Positions 25,648 through 32,000 of a stretch of DNA of 32,000 bases are shown in pieces. The position numbers and the translations under genes are program-made. Position 1 is the stretch's first letter; every line of letters starts with the position of its first letter. The notes beneath the pieces are model-generated. The model worked only from the letters and a program-made list of their open reading frames with translations. It had not been told where the DNA came from and ran no database searches. The DNA is taken from NCBI GenBank assembly GCA_031256725.1, contig JAIRQE010000011.1, positions 1-32,000 of the forward strand, in the 5' to 3' direction. Origin of the DNA: Propionibacteriaceae bacterium (lineage in GTDB: Bacteria > Actinomycetota > Actinomycetes > Propionibacteriales > Propionibacteriaceae).

Positions 25648-27372
25648 ATGACTGAAGTCATCACCGGTGCACAAGCGATGGTGAGAGCCCTAGAGAAGTT
25701 GAATGTCGACGTTGCCTTCGGTATTCCTGGAGGTACGATTCTGCCTCTATATGACCCCTTGTTCGATTCTTCAATTCGCCACATTCTCGTACGCCATGAA
25801 CAGGGTGCAGCACATGCAGCCGAGGGGTACGCAGCGGCGACCGGCCGGGTGGGGGTATGCATGGCAACCTCCGGGCCTGGTGCAGCCAATCTGGTAACAG
25901 GGATCTCGAATGCTTACATGGATTCCACACCAGTTGTGGCCATCACTGGCCAGGTGAGTTCGGCCCTCATTGGTACTGATGCCTTCCAGGAAGCCGACAT
26001 TCGAGGAATGACCTTCCCGATCACCAAGCATTCCTTCCTCATCAAGAAGGCTGAGGACATCGTTCCTGCTGTTGTGGAGGCCTTCCATATTGCTTCGACG
26101 GGACGTCCTGGTCCTGTACTTGTTGATGTGGCCAAGGATGCCTTCACAAATACCACTGAGTGGACCTGGCCCATCGATATGAACCTTCCAGGGTACAAAC
26201 CCACCACCAAGCCCCATAGCCGTCAGGTTCGCGAGGCTGCCTCCATGATCTCTGACGCGAAGCAGCCCGTACTCTTCATTGGTGGCGGGATTATCAGGTC
26301 TGGTGCCTCGGATGCGGTGGCCTCCCTCATTAAGAAGGCCCCCATGCCGGTTGTCACCACACTCATGGGTCGTGGCGCCTTCCCTGACTCCCATGAACTC
26401 AACTTCGGTATGCCTGGGATGCATGGAACAGTCGCTGCAGTTGGAGCCCTCCAACGTGCCGACCTGATCGTGGCGGTGGGTGTACGATTCGATGACCGTG
26501 TGACGGGAGCCAAAGACTCTTTCGCGACCAATGCGAAGATCATTCACTGCGATATTGACCCCGCAGAGATTGGCAAGAATATCGCCGTAGACCTGCCTAT
26601 TGTCGGTGATGCTGCGCTCATGTTGGCTGACTTGGAGAATAATCTCAACGAACGGCCATTGTCCGATTGGAGTCCATGGGTGAACTACCTCACGGGTCTT
26701 CAAACCAAGTACCCAACCTGGGCTGGGGACCCACAAGATGGCATCATCCAACCCCAGGAAGTAATGCGTCGCATTGGTGAACTGTCACCACCCGATACGA
26801 TCTTCGTTACCGGTGTTGGCCAGCATCAAATGTGGAGTGCCCACTTCCTTCCTCATGAGCGACCCAATCAGTGGTTGACCTCTGGAGGGGCTGGAACCAT
26901 GGGGTACTGCGTCCCTGCAGCCATGGGCGCCCAGGTCGGATGCCCAGATCAAACGGTCTGGGGTGTCGATGGTGACGGGTGTTTCCAGATGACCAATCAG
27001 GAGTTGGTGACCTGTGCCCTGAACAAGATCCCCGTCAAGATTGCCATCATCAACAATCAGGTTCTGGGGATGGTACGCCAATGGCAGACCCTGTTCTACA
27101 ACCAGCGCTATTCGAACACCGAACTCCACACCGATCTTGTGCCAGACTTCGTGAAACTGGCTGAGGCCATGGGATGTGTGGGGTTAAGGGCCTCAACACC
27201 AGACGAGGTTGACTCCGTGATCGAGCAGGCTTTAGCCATCAATGACAAGCCTGTGGTTGTGGAGTTCATCGTCTCCAAGGATGCACAGGTCTGGCCGATG
27301 GTTGCGGCTGGTACCTCCAACAACGATATTAAGTACGCCCGAGATATGGCTCCAGATTGGGATGAGGTCTAA
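25648..27372 (+). CDS. ilvB: Acetolactate synthase (acetohydroxyacid synthase) large subunit
   Basis: [23 protein letters not shown]...[14 protein letters not shown]...[11 protein letters not shown]...[10 protein letters not shown]...GGAGTMGY...[14 protein letters not shown] (ThDP motif). Starts at ATG 25648 behind a good SD. The track's 25573 start would translate through the terminator. Confidence 0.9.
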   Translation: MTEVITGAQAMVRALEKLNVDVAFGIPGGTILPLYDPLFDSSIRHILVRHEQGAAHAAEGYAAATGRVGVCMATSGPGAANLVTGISNAYMDSTPVVAITGQVSSALIGTDAFQEADIRGMTFPITKHSFLIKKAEDIVPAVVEAFHIASTGRPGPVLVDVAKDAFTNTTEWTWPIDMNLPGYKPTTKPHSRQVREAASMISDAKQPVLFIGGGIIRSGASDAVASLIKKAPMPVVTTLMGRGAFPDSHELNFGMPGMHGTVAAVGALQRADLIVAVGVRFDDRVTGAKDSFATNAKIIHCDIDPAEIGKNIAVDLPIVGDAALMLADLENNLNERPLSDWSPWVNYLTGLQTKYPTWAGDPQDGIIQPQEVMRRIGELSPPDTIFVTGVGQHQMWSAHFLPHERPNQWLTSGGAGTMGYCVPAAMGAQVGCPDQTVWGVDGDGCFQMTNQELVTCALNKIPVKIAIINNQVLGMVRQWQTLFYNQRYSNTELHTDLVPDFVKLAEAMGCVGLRASTPDEVDSVIEQALAINDKPVVVEFIVSKDAQVWPMVAAGTSNNDIKYARDMAPDWDEV

Positions 27373-27375
27373 AAG

Positions 27376-27891
27376 ATGCCCACCATCACAACACTGTCAG
27401 TTTTAGTTCAGAACAACCCTGGTGTGCTCGCCAGGATCGCTGGACTCTTTGCCCGTCGAGGATTCAACATTGAATCGCTTTCTGTGGGTCCCACAGAGCG
27501 TGAAGATACCTCACGTATGACCATCGTTGCCATCACCCCCGATGAGGCCACGGTTGAGCAGATCACCAAACAGTTGAACAAGCTCATTGAGGTCATCAAG
27601 ATCACAGAGATGGAGAAGGGTAAGACCGTCCGTCGCGAGATCGTACTCGTTAAAGTGAGGGCAGATGCCTCCACACGCGCCGACATCCTCTCCCTTGTAG
27701 ACACCTTCCGTGGCAAGGTCGTCGATGTAGCCGCCGAGACAGTTATCGTTGAGGTGACAGGAAAGTACGGCAAGATCCACGCCTTCCTCGAAATGGTCGC
27801 GCCTTATGGAATTACAGAACTCGTACAATCCGGTTCGGTTGCCCTCGCACGTGGGCCGCGAGCCATCACCGAGAACAACAAGAATTCGTGA
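27376..27891 (+). CDS. ilvN: Acetolactate synthase small (regulatory) subunit
   Basis: LSVLVQNNPGVLARIAGLFARRGFNIESLSVGPTE (ACT domain), 171 aa, 3 nt after ilvB. Confidence 0.9.
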   Translation: MPTITTLSVLVQNNPGVLARIAGLFARRGFNIESLSVGPTEREDTSRMTIVAITPDEATVEQITKQLNKLIEVIKITEMEKGKTVRREIVLVKVRADASTRADILSLVDTFRGKVVDVAAETVIVEVTGKYGKIHAFLEMVAPYGITELVQSGSVALARGPRAITENNKNS

Positions 27892-27951
27892 GCCCTAACC
27901 CCTGTCATCCTGCGCGCAGTCGCGGGATCCAGATCACCAAGAATTCGTGAG
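27879..27951. repeat. About 45-bp hairpin element flanked by a 14-bp direct repeat, at the ilvN stop codon
   Basis: CAAGAATTCGTGAG occurs at 27879-27892 (containing the ilvN stop) and again at 27938-27951. The intervening CCCTAACCCCTGTCATCCTGCGCGCAGTCGCGGGATCCAGATCAC folds as ATCCTGCG/CGCGGGAT (27907-27928). It shares GTCATCCTGCGC and GGATCCAGA with the element after ilvC. Confidence 0.7.
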
Positions 27952-27992
27952 TCTGAAGGGTTCACACTAAACTCATCCAAGAAGGAGAAAAA

Positions 27993-29021
27993 ATGGCAAA
28001 AATGTTCTATGACGACGATGCGGATCTGAGTCTGATCCAGGGTCGTAAGGTTGCGATCATCGGTTACGGTTCCCAGGGCCACGCACACGCTCTGTCGCTT
28101 CGCGATTCCGGGGTTGACGTACGCGTAGGTCTGCGCGCTGGCTCGAAGTCCCGCGACAAGGCTGAGGCTGAAGGTTTGCGAGTGGTACCAACGGCCACTG
28201 CTGCTGAAGAAGCCGACCTCATCATGATTCTGGCGCCCGATCAGGTGCAGCGTGGACTCTATGCTGAAGAGATCGCCCCCCATCTCAAGCCTGGTGATGC
28301 TCTATTCTTCGCCCACGGTTTCAACATCCGCTTCGGGTACATCCAGCCTCCCGCTGGTGTGGACATCTGCATGGTTGCCCCCAAGGGTCCCGGCCACCTC
28401 GTACGCCGTGAATATGCCTCGGGTCGTGGTGTGCCTGTGATCGTGGCTGTGGAGAAGGATGAGTCCGGTCAGGGGTGGCCTCTCGCTCTTGCGTACGCTA
28501 AGGCTATTGGTGGTCTGCGCGCTGGCGGTATTGAGACCACCTTCACTGAGGAATGCGAGACCGATCTTTTTGGTGAGCAGGCAGTCTTGTGTGGTGGTTT
28601 GTCACACCTGATCCAGGCTGGTTTCGAGACCCTCGTTCATGCTGGGTATCAGCCTGAGGTCGCTTACTTTGAGTGCCTTCACGAAGTGAAGCTCATCGTT
28701 GATCTGATGTACGAAGGTGGGATCGCCAAACAGCGGTGGAGTGTCTCCGACACCGCAGAGTACGGTGACTATGTCTCGGGGCCACGTGTGATTGATGACC
28801 ACGTCAAGCAGTCCATGCAGGAAGTACTCGACGACATCCGCTCGGGTGCCTTCGCTGAACGTTTCATTGCTGACCAGGATGCTGGAGCTCCCGAGTTCAA
28901 GGCACTTCGGGCCAAGGAAGAGGCCCATCCGATTGAGGCTGTGGGTCGCGATCTTCGTAAGCTCATGAGCTGGGTCAAGGCAGATGATGCTGACTACGTC
29001 GAAGGTACCGCTGCTCGCTAG
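27993..29021 (+). CDS. ilvC: Ketol-acid reductoisomerase (class I)
   Basis: [37 protein letters not shown]..., APDQ, FAHGFNI, and EC(E)[19 protein letters not shown] lies 6 nt upstream of the ATG. Confidence 0.92.
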   Translation: MAKMFYDDDADLSLIQGRKVAIIGYGSQGHAHALSLRDSGVDVRVGLRAGSKSRDKAEAEGLRVVPTATAAEEADLIMILAPDQVQRGLYAEEIAPHLKPGDALFFAHGFNIRFGYIQPPAGVDICMVAPKGPGHLVRREYASGRGVPVIVAVEKDESGQGWPLALAYAKAIGGLRAGGIETTFTEECETDLFGEQAVLCGGLSHLIQAGFETLVHAGYQPEVAYFECLHEVKLIVDLMYEGGIAKQRWSVSDTAEYGDYVSGPRVIDDHVKQSMQEVLDDIRSGAFAERFIADQDAGAPEFKALRAKEEAHPIEAVGRDLRKLMSWVKADDADYVEGTAAR

Positions 29022-29022
29022 T

Positions 29023-29095
29023 ACTATCATCCCGTCATCCTGCGCACTGCGACTTCGCGCACGCAGGCTTCGTTGCAGGATCCAGAGATGATAGT
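29023..29095 (+). terminator. Compound long hairpin immediately after ilvC; probable operon terminator and second copy of the hairpin repeat
   Basis: Outer stem ACTATCATC (29023-29031) / GATGATAGT (29087-29095). Middle stem ATCCTGC (29037-29043) / GCAGGAT (29075-29081). Inner stem CCTGCG/CGCAGG. TCTTTC follows. Confidence 0.5.
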
Positions 29096-29431
29096 TCTTT
29101 CATAGAACTGACGAGGAGGGGTATATCTCTTGTGAACACATTCACGGATTCGTTTCCGTAGAAAACGAATCCTCCATTCGGGAGGACGGTTCACAACAAA
29201 TGTACCCCACCAACCTCCTATTATGTATCATCATTATTCTCAACTCAAATAACATACTACCCATTCAAAACCACAAGCAGATCGCATCAGGGAATCACGA
29301 TTCGTCTTGCCTCAAGTCAAATTTGGTTTTCGACTCTGCTAGCCACGAGAATCTGGTGAAAAAGAGACAGTTTTTGCTGATGGGAATGAACTGGGGAAAG
29401 GTGATGTGGTTTACTCGTTAGGCCGAAATCA

Positions 29432-30040
29432 TTATCCTTCGTGGGGAGTCCAAAGAGAGGTCCATTGGATTCCGCAGTCGGCTAGCATCATTCGTACTAG
29501 GGGGAGGGAGAGGCCTACTACGTTGTGGGGGTCTCCTTCGATGCCGGTGATGAAGGGGCCGCCTAAGGCGTCGATGGTGAAGCCTCCCGCTACGTGTTGG
29601 GGTTCGCCGGTTGTGACGTAGGCGTCGATTTCGTCGTCGGTGAGGTCAGCTACGTGGATGATGGTTTTTGCGGCTCGGTTGGCTCGTTGTACTTCGTCTT
29701 GGGAGACGATGATGTGGTGGCCTGTGACGAGGACACCTGAGCGTCTACGGGTGCGTTTCAGGAGGGAGATGGCGGCTTCTTTGGAGCCGGGTTTGCCTTG
29801 TGCTTTGCCTTCGAAGTCCAGGATCGAGTCGCAGCCGATGATGATGGAGTCTTTGGGGGAACCGAGGTTGGCGAACACTGCCTCTGCCTTCTTTTCGGCT
29901 AGGAGACAGGCTAAGTGGGTGGGGGTGTCGGCTGCGAATTGGGACTCATCAACCTCGGAGATGACAACCTCGGGGAAGGTACCTGCTGAGCGCAGTGTTT
30001 GAAGACGAGCCGGGGATGCGGATGCGAGAATGAGTCTCAT
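29432..30040 (-). CDS. maf: Maf-family nucleoside triphosphate pyrophosphatase
   Basis: MRLILASASPARLQTL...IIIGCDSILDFEG...GKP...YVTTGEPQHVAGGFTIDALG is the canonical Maf pattern. ATG 30040 is preferred over the track's TTG 30100, which would overlap birA. Confidence 0.85.
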   Translation of the reverse strand: MRLILASASPARLQTLRSAGTFPEVVISEVDESQFAADTPTHLACLLAEKKAEAVFANLGSPKDSIIIGCDSILDFEGKAQGKPGSKEAAISLLKRTRRRSGVLVTGHHIIVSQDEVQRANRAAKTIIHVADLTDDEIDAYVTTGEPQHVAGGFTIDALGGPFITGIEGDPHNVVGLSLPLVRMMLADCGIQWTSLWTPHEG

Positions 30041-30045
30041 TCTGT

Positions 30046-30052
30046 TACGGTA
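30046..30052. promoter_or_regulatory. Overlapping -10-like TANNNT hexamers for divergent, probably leaderless, maf and birA transcripts
   Basis: Plus strand: TACGGT (30046-30051), 7 nt before birA ATG 30059. Minus strand: TACCGT (complement of 30047-30052), 6 nt before maf ATG 30040. Neither gene has an SD in the 18-bp spacer. Confidence 0.3.
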
Positions 30053-30058
30053 CCAGTC

Positions 30059-30847
30059 ATGAGTAAATTTCGGTGGCTTAACCAGGAAACTCTTAACCAA
30101 CTCCCATTTTCTTTGCCTTGGAAAATTGAGGTTGTTGAGCAGACTGGTTCCACCAACGCCGATCTTGCGGCTCGGGTACGCGCGGGGGGCTGCCCCGATT
30201 ACACAGTGTTGGTGACCACCGATCAGTGTGGCGGACGCGGTCGGCTAGCGCGTACCTGGACTGCACCTGCGGATACTGCTGTGGCAATGTCGATGGCCGT
30301 ACCACTGAAGCCCTTTGAAGGACACTGGGGTTTGCTGCCCTTGGTGATGGGGAGTGCAGTAGCGGGGGCCCTGTTTGACTGGGGGGTTAAAGCGAAGCTG
30401 AAATGGCCGAACGATGTGTATATCGGGGACAAGAAAGTTTGCGGGATTCTGGGGGAGTTTGTGGGAGGTACCGCCGTTATCGGGTGTGGAATCAATGTCG
30501 CACAGACCCAGGAAACCATTGGGTACGAAACTGCCACATCACTAGCGATGACTGGGGTTCATGTCACCCATGATGAAGTCGTCTCCCGTGTACTGGATCA
30601 TTTCGGGCGAGCCCTGGATGTCATGACCACCGAAGATGGACCAGCTTTGCTGAGGGACTTTTATCGAGCATCCAGTATGACCCTGGGTCAACAGGTCAGG
30701 ATCTATCATGATGAGGATTCCTATGTTGAAGGCCTCGCCATAGATATTTCCGATGATGGCCAACTTCTAATCGACATAGATGGAGAGGTACAGTCCTTTG
30801 CCAGCGGAGACGTGTACCATCTTCGTTCGCAAGACAGGGGTGACTGA
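30059..30847 (+). CDS. birA: Biotin--[acetyl-CoA-carboxylase] ligase, group I (no HTH domain)
   Basis: VVEQTGSTNADL...TTDQCGGRGRLARTWTAP (GRGRxxRxW biotin-binding loop)...KWPNDVYIGDKKVCGIL...GCGINV. Starts at ATG 30059 (MSKFRWLNQETL). Confidence 0.85.
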   Translation: MSKFRWLNQETLNQLPFSLPWKIEVVEQTGSTNADLAARVRAGGCPDYTVLVTTDQCGGRGRLARTWTAPADTAVAMSMAVPLKPFEGHWGLLPLVMGSAVAGALFDWGVKAKLKWPNDVYIGDKKVCGILGEFVGGTAVIGCGINVAQTQETIGYETATSLAMTGVHVTHDEVVSRVLDHFGRALDVMTTEDGPALLRDFYRASSMTLGQQVRIYHDEDSYVEGLAIDISDDGQLLIDIDGEVQSFASGDVYHLRSQDRGD

Positions 30848-30941
30848 GTGGCGAGCACCATCCACAATGCGAAATTAAAAAGAAATCTGAGGTGGAAATC
30901 TTAAATAGTGAGATCTTTACGCGAGAGTGTCCTATCCGTGA

Positions 30942-30970
30942 TTGACGGCAAGGCAAATATATGCAAGAAT
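30942..30970 (+). promoter_or_regulatory. Candidate sigma70-type promoter for the right-edge gene
   Basis: TTGACG (30942-30947), a 17-nt spacer ending in TGC (extended -10 TGn), then AAGAAT (30965-30970). The SD AAGGGAG at 30992-30998 and ATG 31003 follow. Confidence 0.3.
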
Positions 30971-31002
30971 GCATGACATCAGAATGATTTCAAGGGAGTG
31001 TC

Positions 31003-32000
31003 ATGTCTGGATTTTCGCGGCCTTGGTTGGCGCCTGCTGTTATTGTTGCTTTTTCGGTGTTTATTACGATGTCACCAGTATCGAGTAATTGGAGTGCTCG
31101 TGCTGATAATGAGGTGGTAGAGGAGATTCCGGTAGTCCCCGCAAATGATGATTCCTTTACTCCTGTTCCATTGGAAGATATATCTTCAGACAACGGGCCA
31201 GGTTCTGAAGATACAAACGATTTGCCTGGAGTCGAGGAATCTGAGGACTCGGTAGACCAGGTGAGTGATTTTAACCCAGTTTCTGTCGTAGAGGAGATAT
31301 TGCCTGAGTCTGCAGTTGTACCCTCCAGTGACTCGCTGGTTCTGGATCCTAATAGTTATGAATCCGTATCGGGAGCGGTGGATGCAACCTTTGCCCCCTT
31401 GCCCTCACCGGAAAACCCTGAGGAAGTTGGCTTACTATCGGGTGCTTGGATGGATTTTGAGCCAGAGCCCATAGTTCAGCCTGCTAGTGAACCTGATGTT
31501 TTGATTTGGCAGCGCGCAGGTGGATCATCGTTGGTGTCGTTGGAGTCTCCAAGTGATGGACCACAAGCGAGCGATGCCCCAGTTGGTCTAGTTGTGTCCT
31601 CGTGGCCTGAGATGAATAACAAGCAAGTGACTGACAATGAGGTTCTTCATCCTTCTTTGAGGGAGAGGATAGTAATTTCAGCACTCTATGCCTATATAGC
31701 CATCATGAAGTGGGTTATCAGAGTAGTTGGTTCGTCCAAGCCAAGTCTCAAGGGCATTGCGATTCTTCCCGTTGAGCCTTTAGCGGAGTTAATTGATCGA
31801 GTAAAATCGTTACAGTCTGTTCAGTTGAAACCAGAGGGTTATGCGATAAATGTAGGGCTGACTCCAGTTCTGGTGGCTTCAGTTGTCAATGATGTTGAGG
31901 GGGTTTTATATGCATATCAATTCACTGTGTGTCCTGGGAATACTAGTCGTGGATTAGGGGCTTGTGAACAATCTATAAAACCGGTGGCTCAATCAGGGTG
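31003..32000 (+). CDS. Secreted acidic protein of unknown function; the 3' end lies outside the window (absent from the supplied ORF track)
   Basis: I checked codon by codon that the frame starting at ATG 31003 stays open to nt 32000 (332 codons). An in-frame TGA at 30985 bounds it upstream. It has a signal peptide, MSGFSRPWLAPAVIVAFSVFITMSPVSSNWSARA, with an A-x-A site. About 170 aa of D/E/P/S-rich sequence follow, then a region that looks folded. Confidence 0.7.
   Translation, partial: MSGFSRPWLAPAVIVAFSVFITMSPVSSNWSARADNEVVEEIPVVPANDDSFTPVPLEDISSDNGPGSEDTNDLPGVEESEDSVDQVSDFNPVSVVEEILPESAVVPSSDSLVLDPNSYESVSGAVDATFAPLPSPENPEEVGLLSGAWMDFEPEPIVQPASEPDVLIWQRAGGSSLVSLESPSDGPQASDAPVGLVVSSWPEMNNKQVTDNEVLHPSLRERIVISALYAYIAIMKWVIRVVGSSKPSLKGIAILPVEPLAELIDRVKSLQSVQLKPEGYAINVGLTPVLVASVVNDVEGVLYAYQFTVCPGNTSRGLGACEQSIKPVAQSG

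Noticed and set aside
25771-26751. A 326-aa ORF antisense to ilvB, the longest non-called ORF in the track.
   Set aside because: It lies entirely opposite the strongly conserved ilvB frame. Its translation is His/Gly/Arg/Pro-biased with no recognisable motif, and it has no SD. I treat it as a shadow ORF of the sense gene's codon bias.
27143-27159. A parS-like half-site (TTCGTGAAAC) inside ilvB; I looked for a centromere for the ParA-like system.
   Set aside because: Only the right half resembles the parS consensus TGTTTCACGTGAAACA. The left half does not match, so the 16-bp palindrome is absent. I saw no full parS anywhere in the window.
29132-29145. GTGAACACATTCAC considered as a LexA/SOS (Cheo-type GAAC-N4-GTTC) box.
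   Set aside because: The second half reads TTCAC rather than GTTC at the required spacing, and no DNA-repair gene is adjacent. I keep it only as an unexplained palindrome.
29200-29421. A 73-aa plus-strand ORF in the AT-rich spacer (MYPTNLLLCIIIILNSNN...), considered as a small hydrophobic toxin.
   Set aside because: The hydrophobic stretch is too short for a TM helix, the SD spacing is poor (13 nt), and the rest of the translation is AT-rich junk-like sequence. Nothing supports it beyond an open frame.
1-32000. I scanned intergenic regions for tRNA/rRNA genes, CRISPR-type repeat arrays, IS terminal repeats with transposase, and integrase/att sites.
   Set aside because: I saw no cloverleaf-compatible 70-90-nt segments, no regularly spaced repeats, and no transposase or recombinase motifs in any listed ORF. 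This was by eye, without tRNAscan or Infernal.

Overview
This 32-kb chromosomal segment has the gene content and synteny of a moderate-GC actinobacterium. I infer something Actinomycetaceae-like from the parA-like/scpA/scpB/rluB, pafB/pafC/helY, ilvBNC and maf/birA neighbourhoods. No search was possible, so all family calls rest on motifs read from the translations.

I call 34 protein-coding genes. I found no rRNA, tRNA, CRISPR array, transposase or integrase. Two genes run off the window edges and are misrepresented or missing in the supplied ORF track:
- a double-hotdog thioesterase, open from nt 1 (the track starts it at 133);
- a 332-codon frame at 31003..32000 with no stop, which encodes a signal-peptide-bearing acidic protein in a visibly more AT-rich region.

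Several track ORFs carry spurious N-terminal extensions (ilvB, hisF, birA, maf, rluB, the DUF4352 protein).

Gene content, left to right:
- thioesterase, DUF3465, stand-alone NnrE, PQ-rich DUF4352 membrane protein
- Asp/Glu-type racemase plus Na+/alanine symporter
- LURP-one/YxjI-like protein, VanZ-RDD fusion
- a Na+-translocating decarboxylase membrane module (OadG-like, biotin carrier, beta subunit) with no carboxyltransferase, followed by a TSUP permease
- DUF4230 and LMW-PTP, divergent from a Wzc-type tyrosine autokinase
- parA-like ATPase, small RHH-like protein, scpA, scpB, rluB (translationally coupled)
- two-domain FKBP lipoprotein, gluQ, pafB-pafC, lipid kinase, helY, hisF, HIT protein
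- ilvBNC with an upstream attenuator, maf divergent from birA, and the partial secreted protein

Most of the window is core genome, and I see no convincing novel multi-gene system. The observations most worth follow-up are:
1. the ParA-like/RHH pair fused into the scpAB operon;
2. the tyrosine-kinase/phosphatase/DUF4230 module with no polysaccharide genes nearby;
3. the decarboxylase module lacking a carboxyltransferase;
4. the 18-bp maf/birA divergent junction with overlapping -10-like hexamers;
5. a small hairpin repeat family at the 3' ends of ilvN and ilvC;
6. three unassigned spacers (6315-6617, 10415-10857, 29096-29431);
7. the AT-rich right edge.
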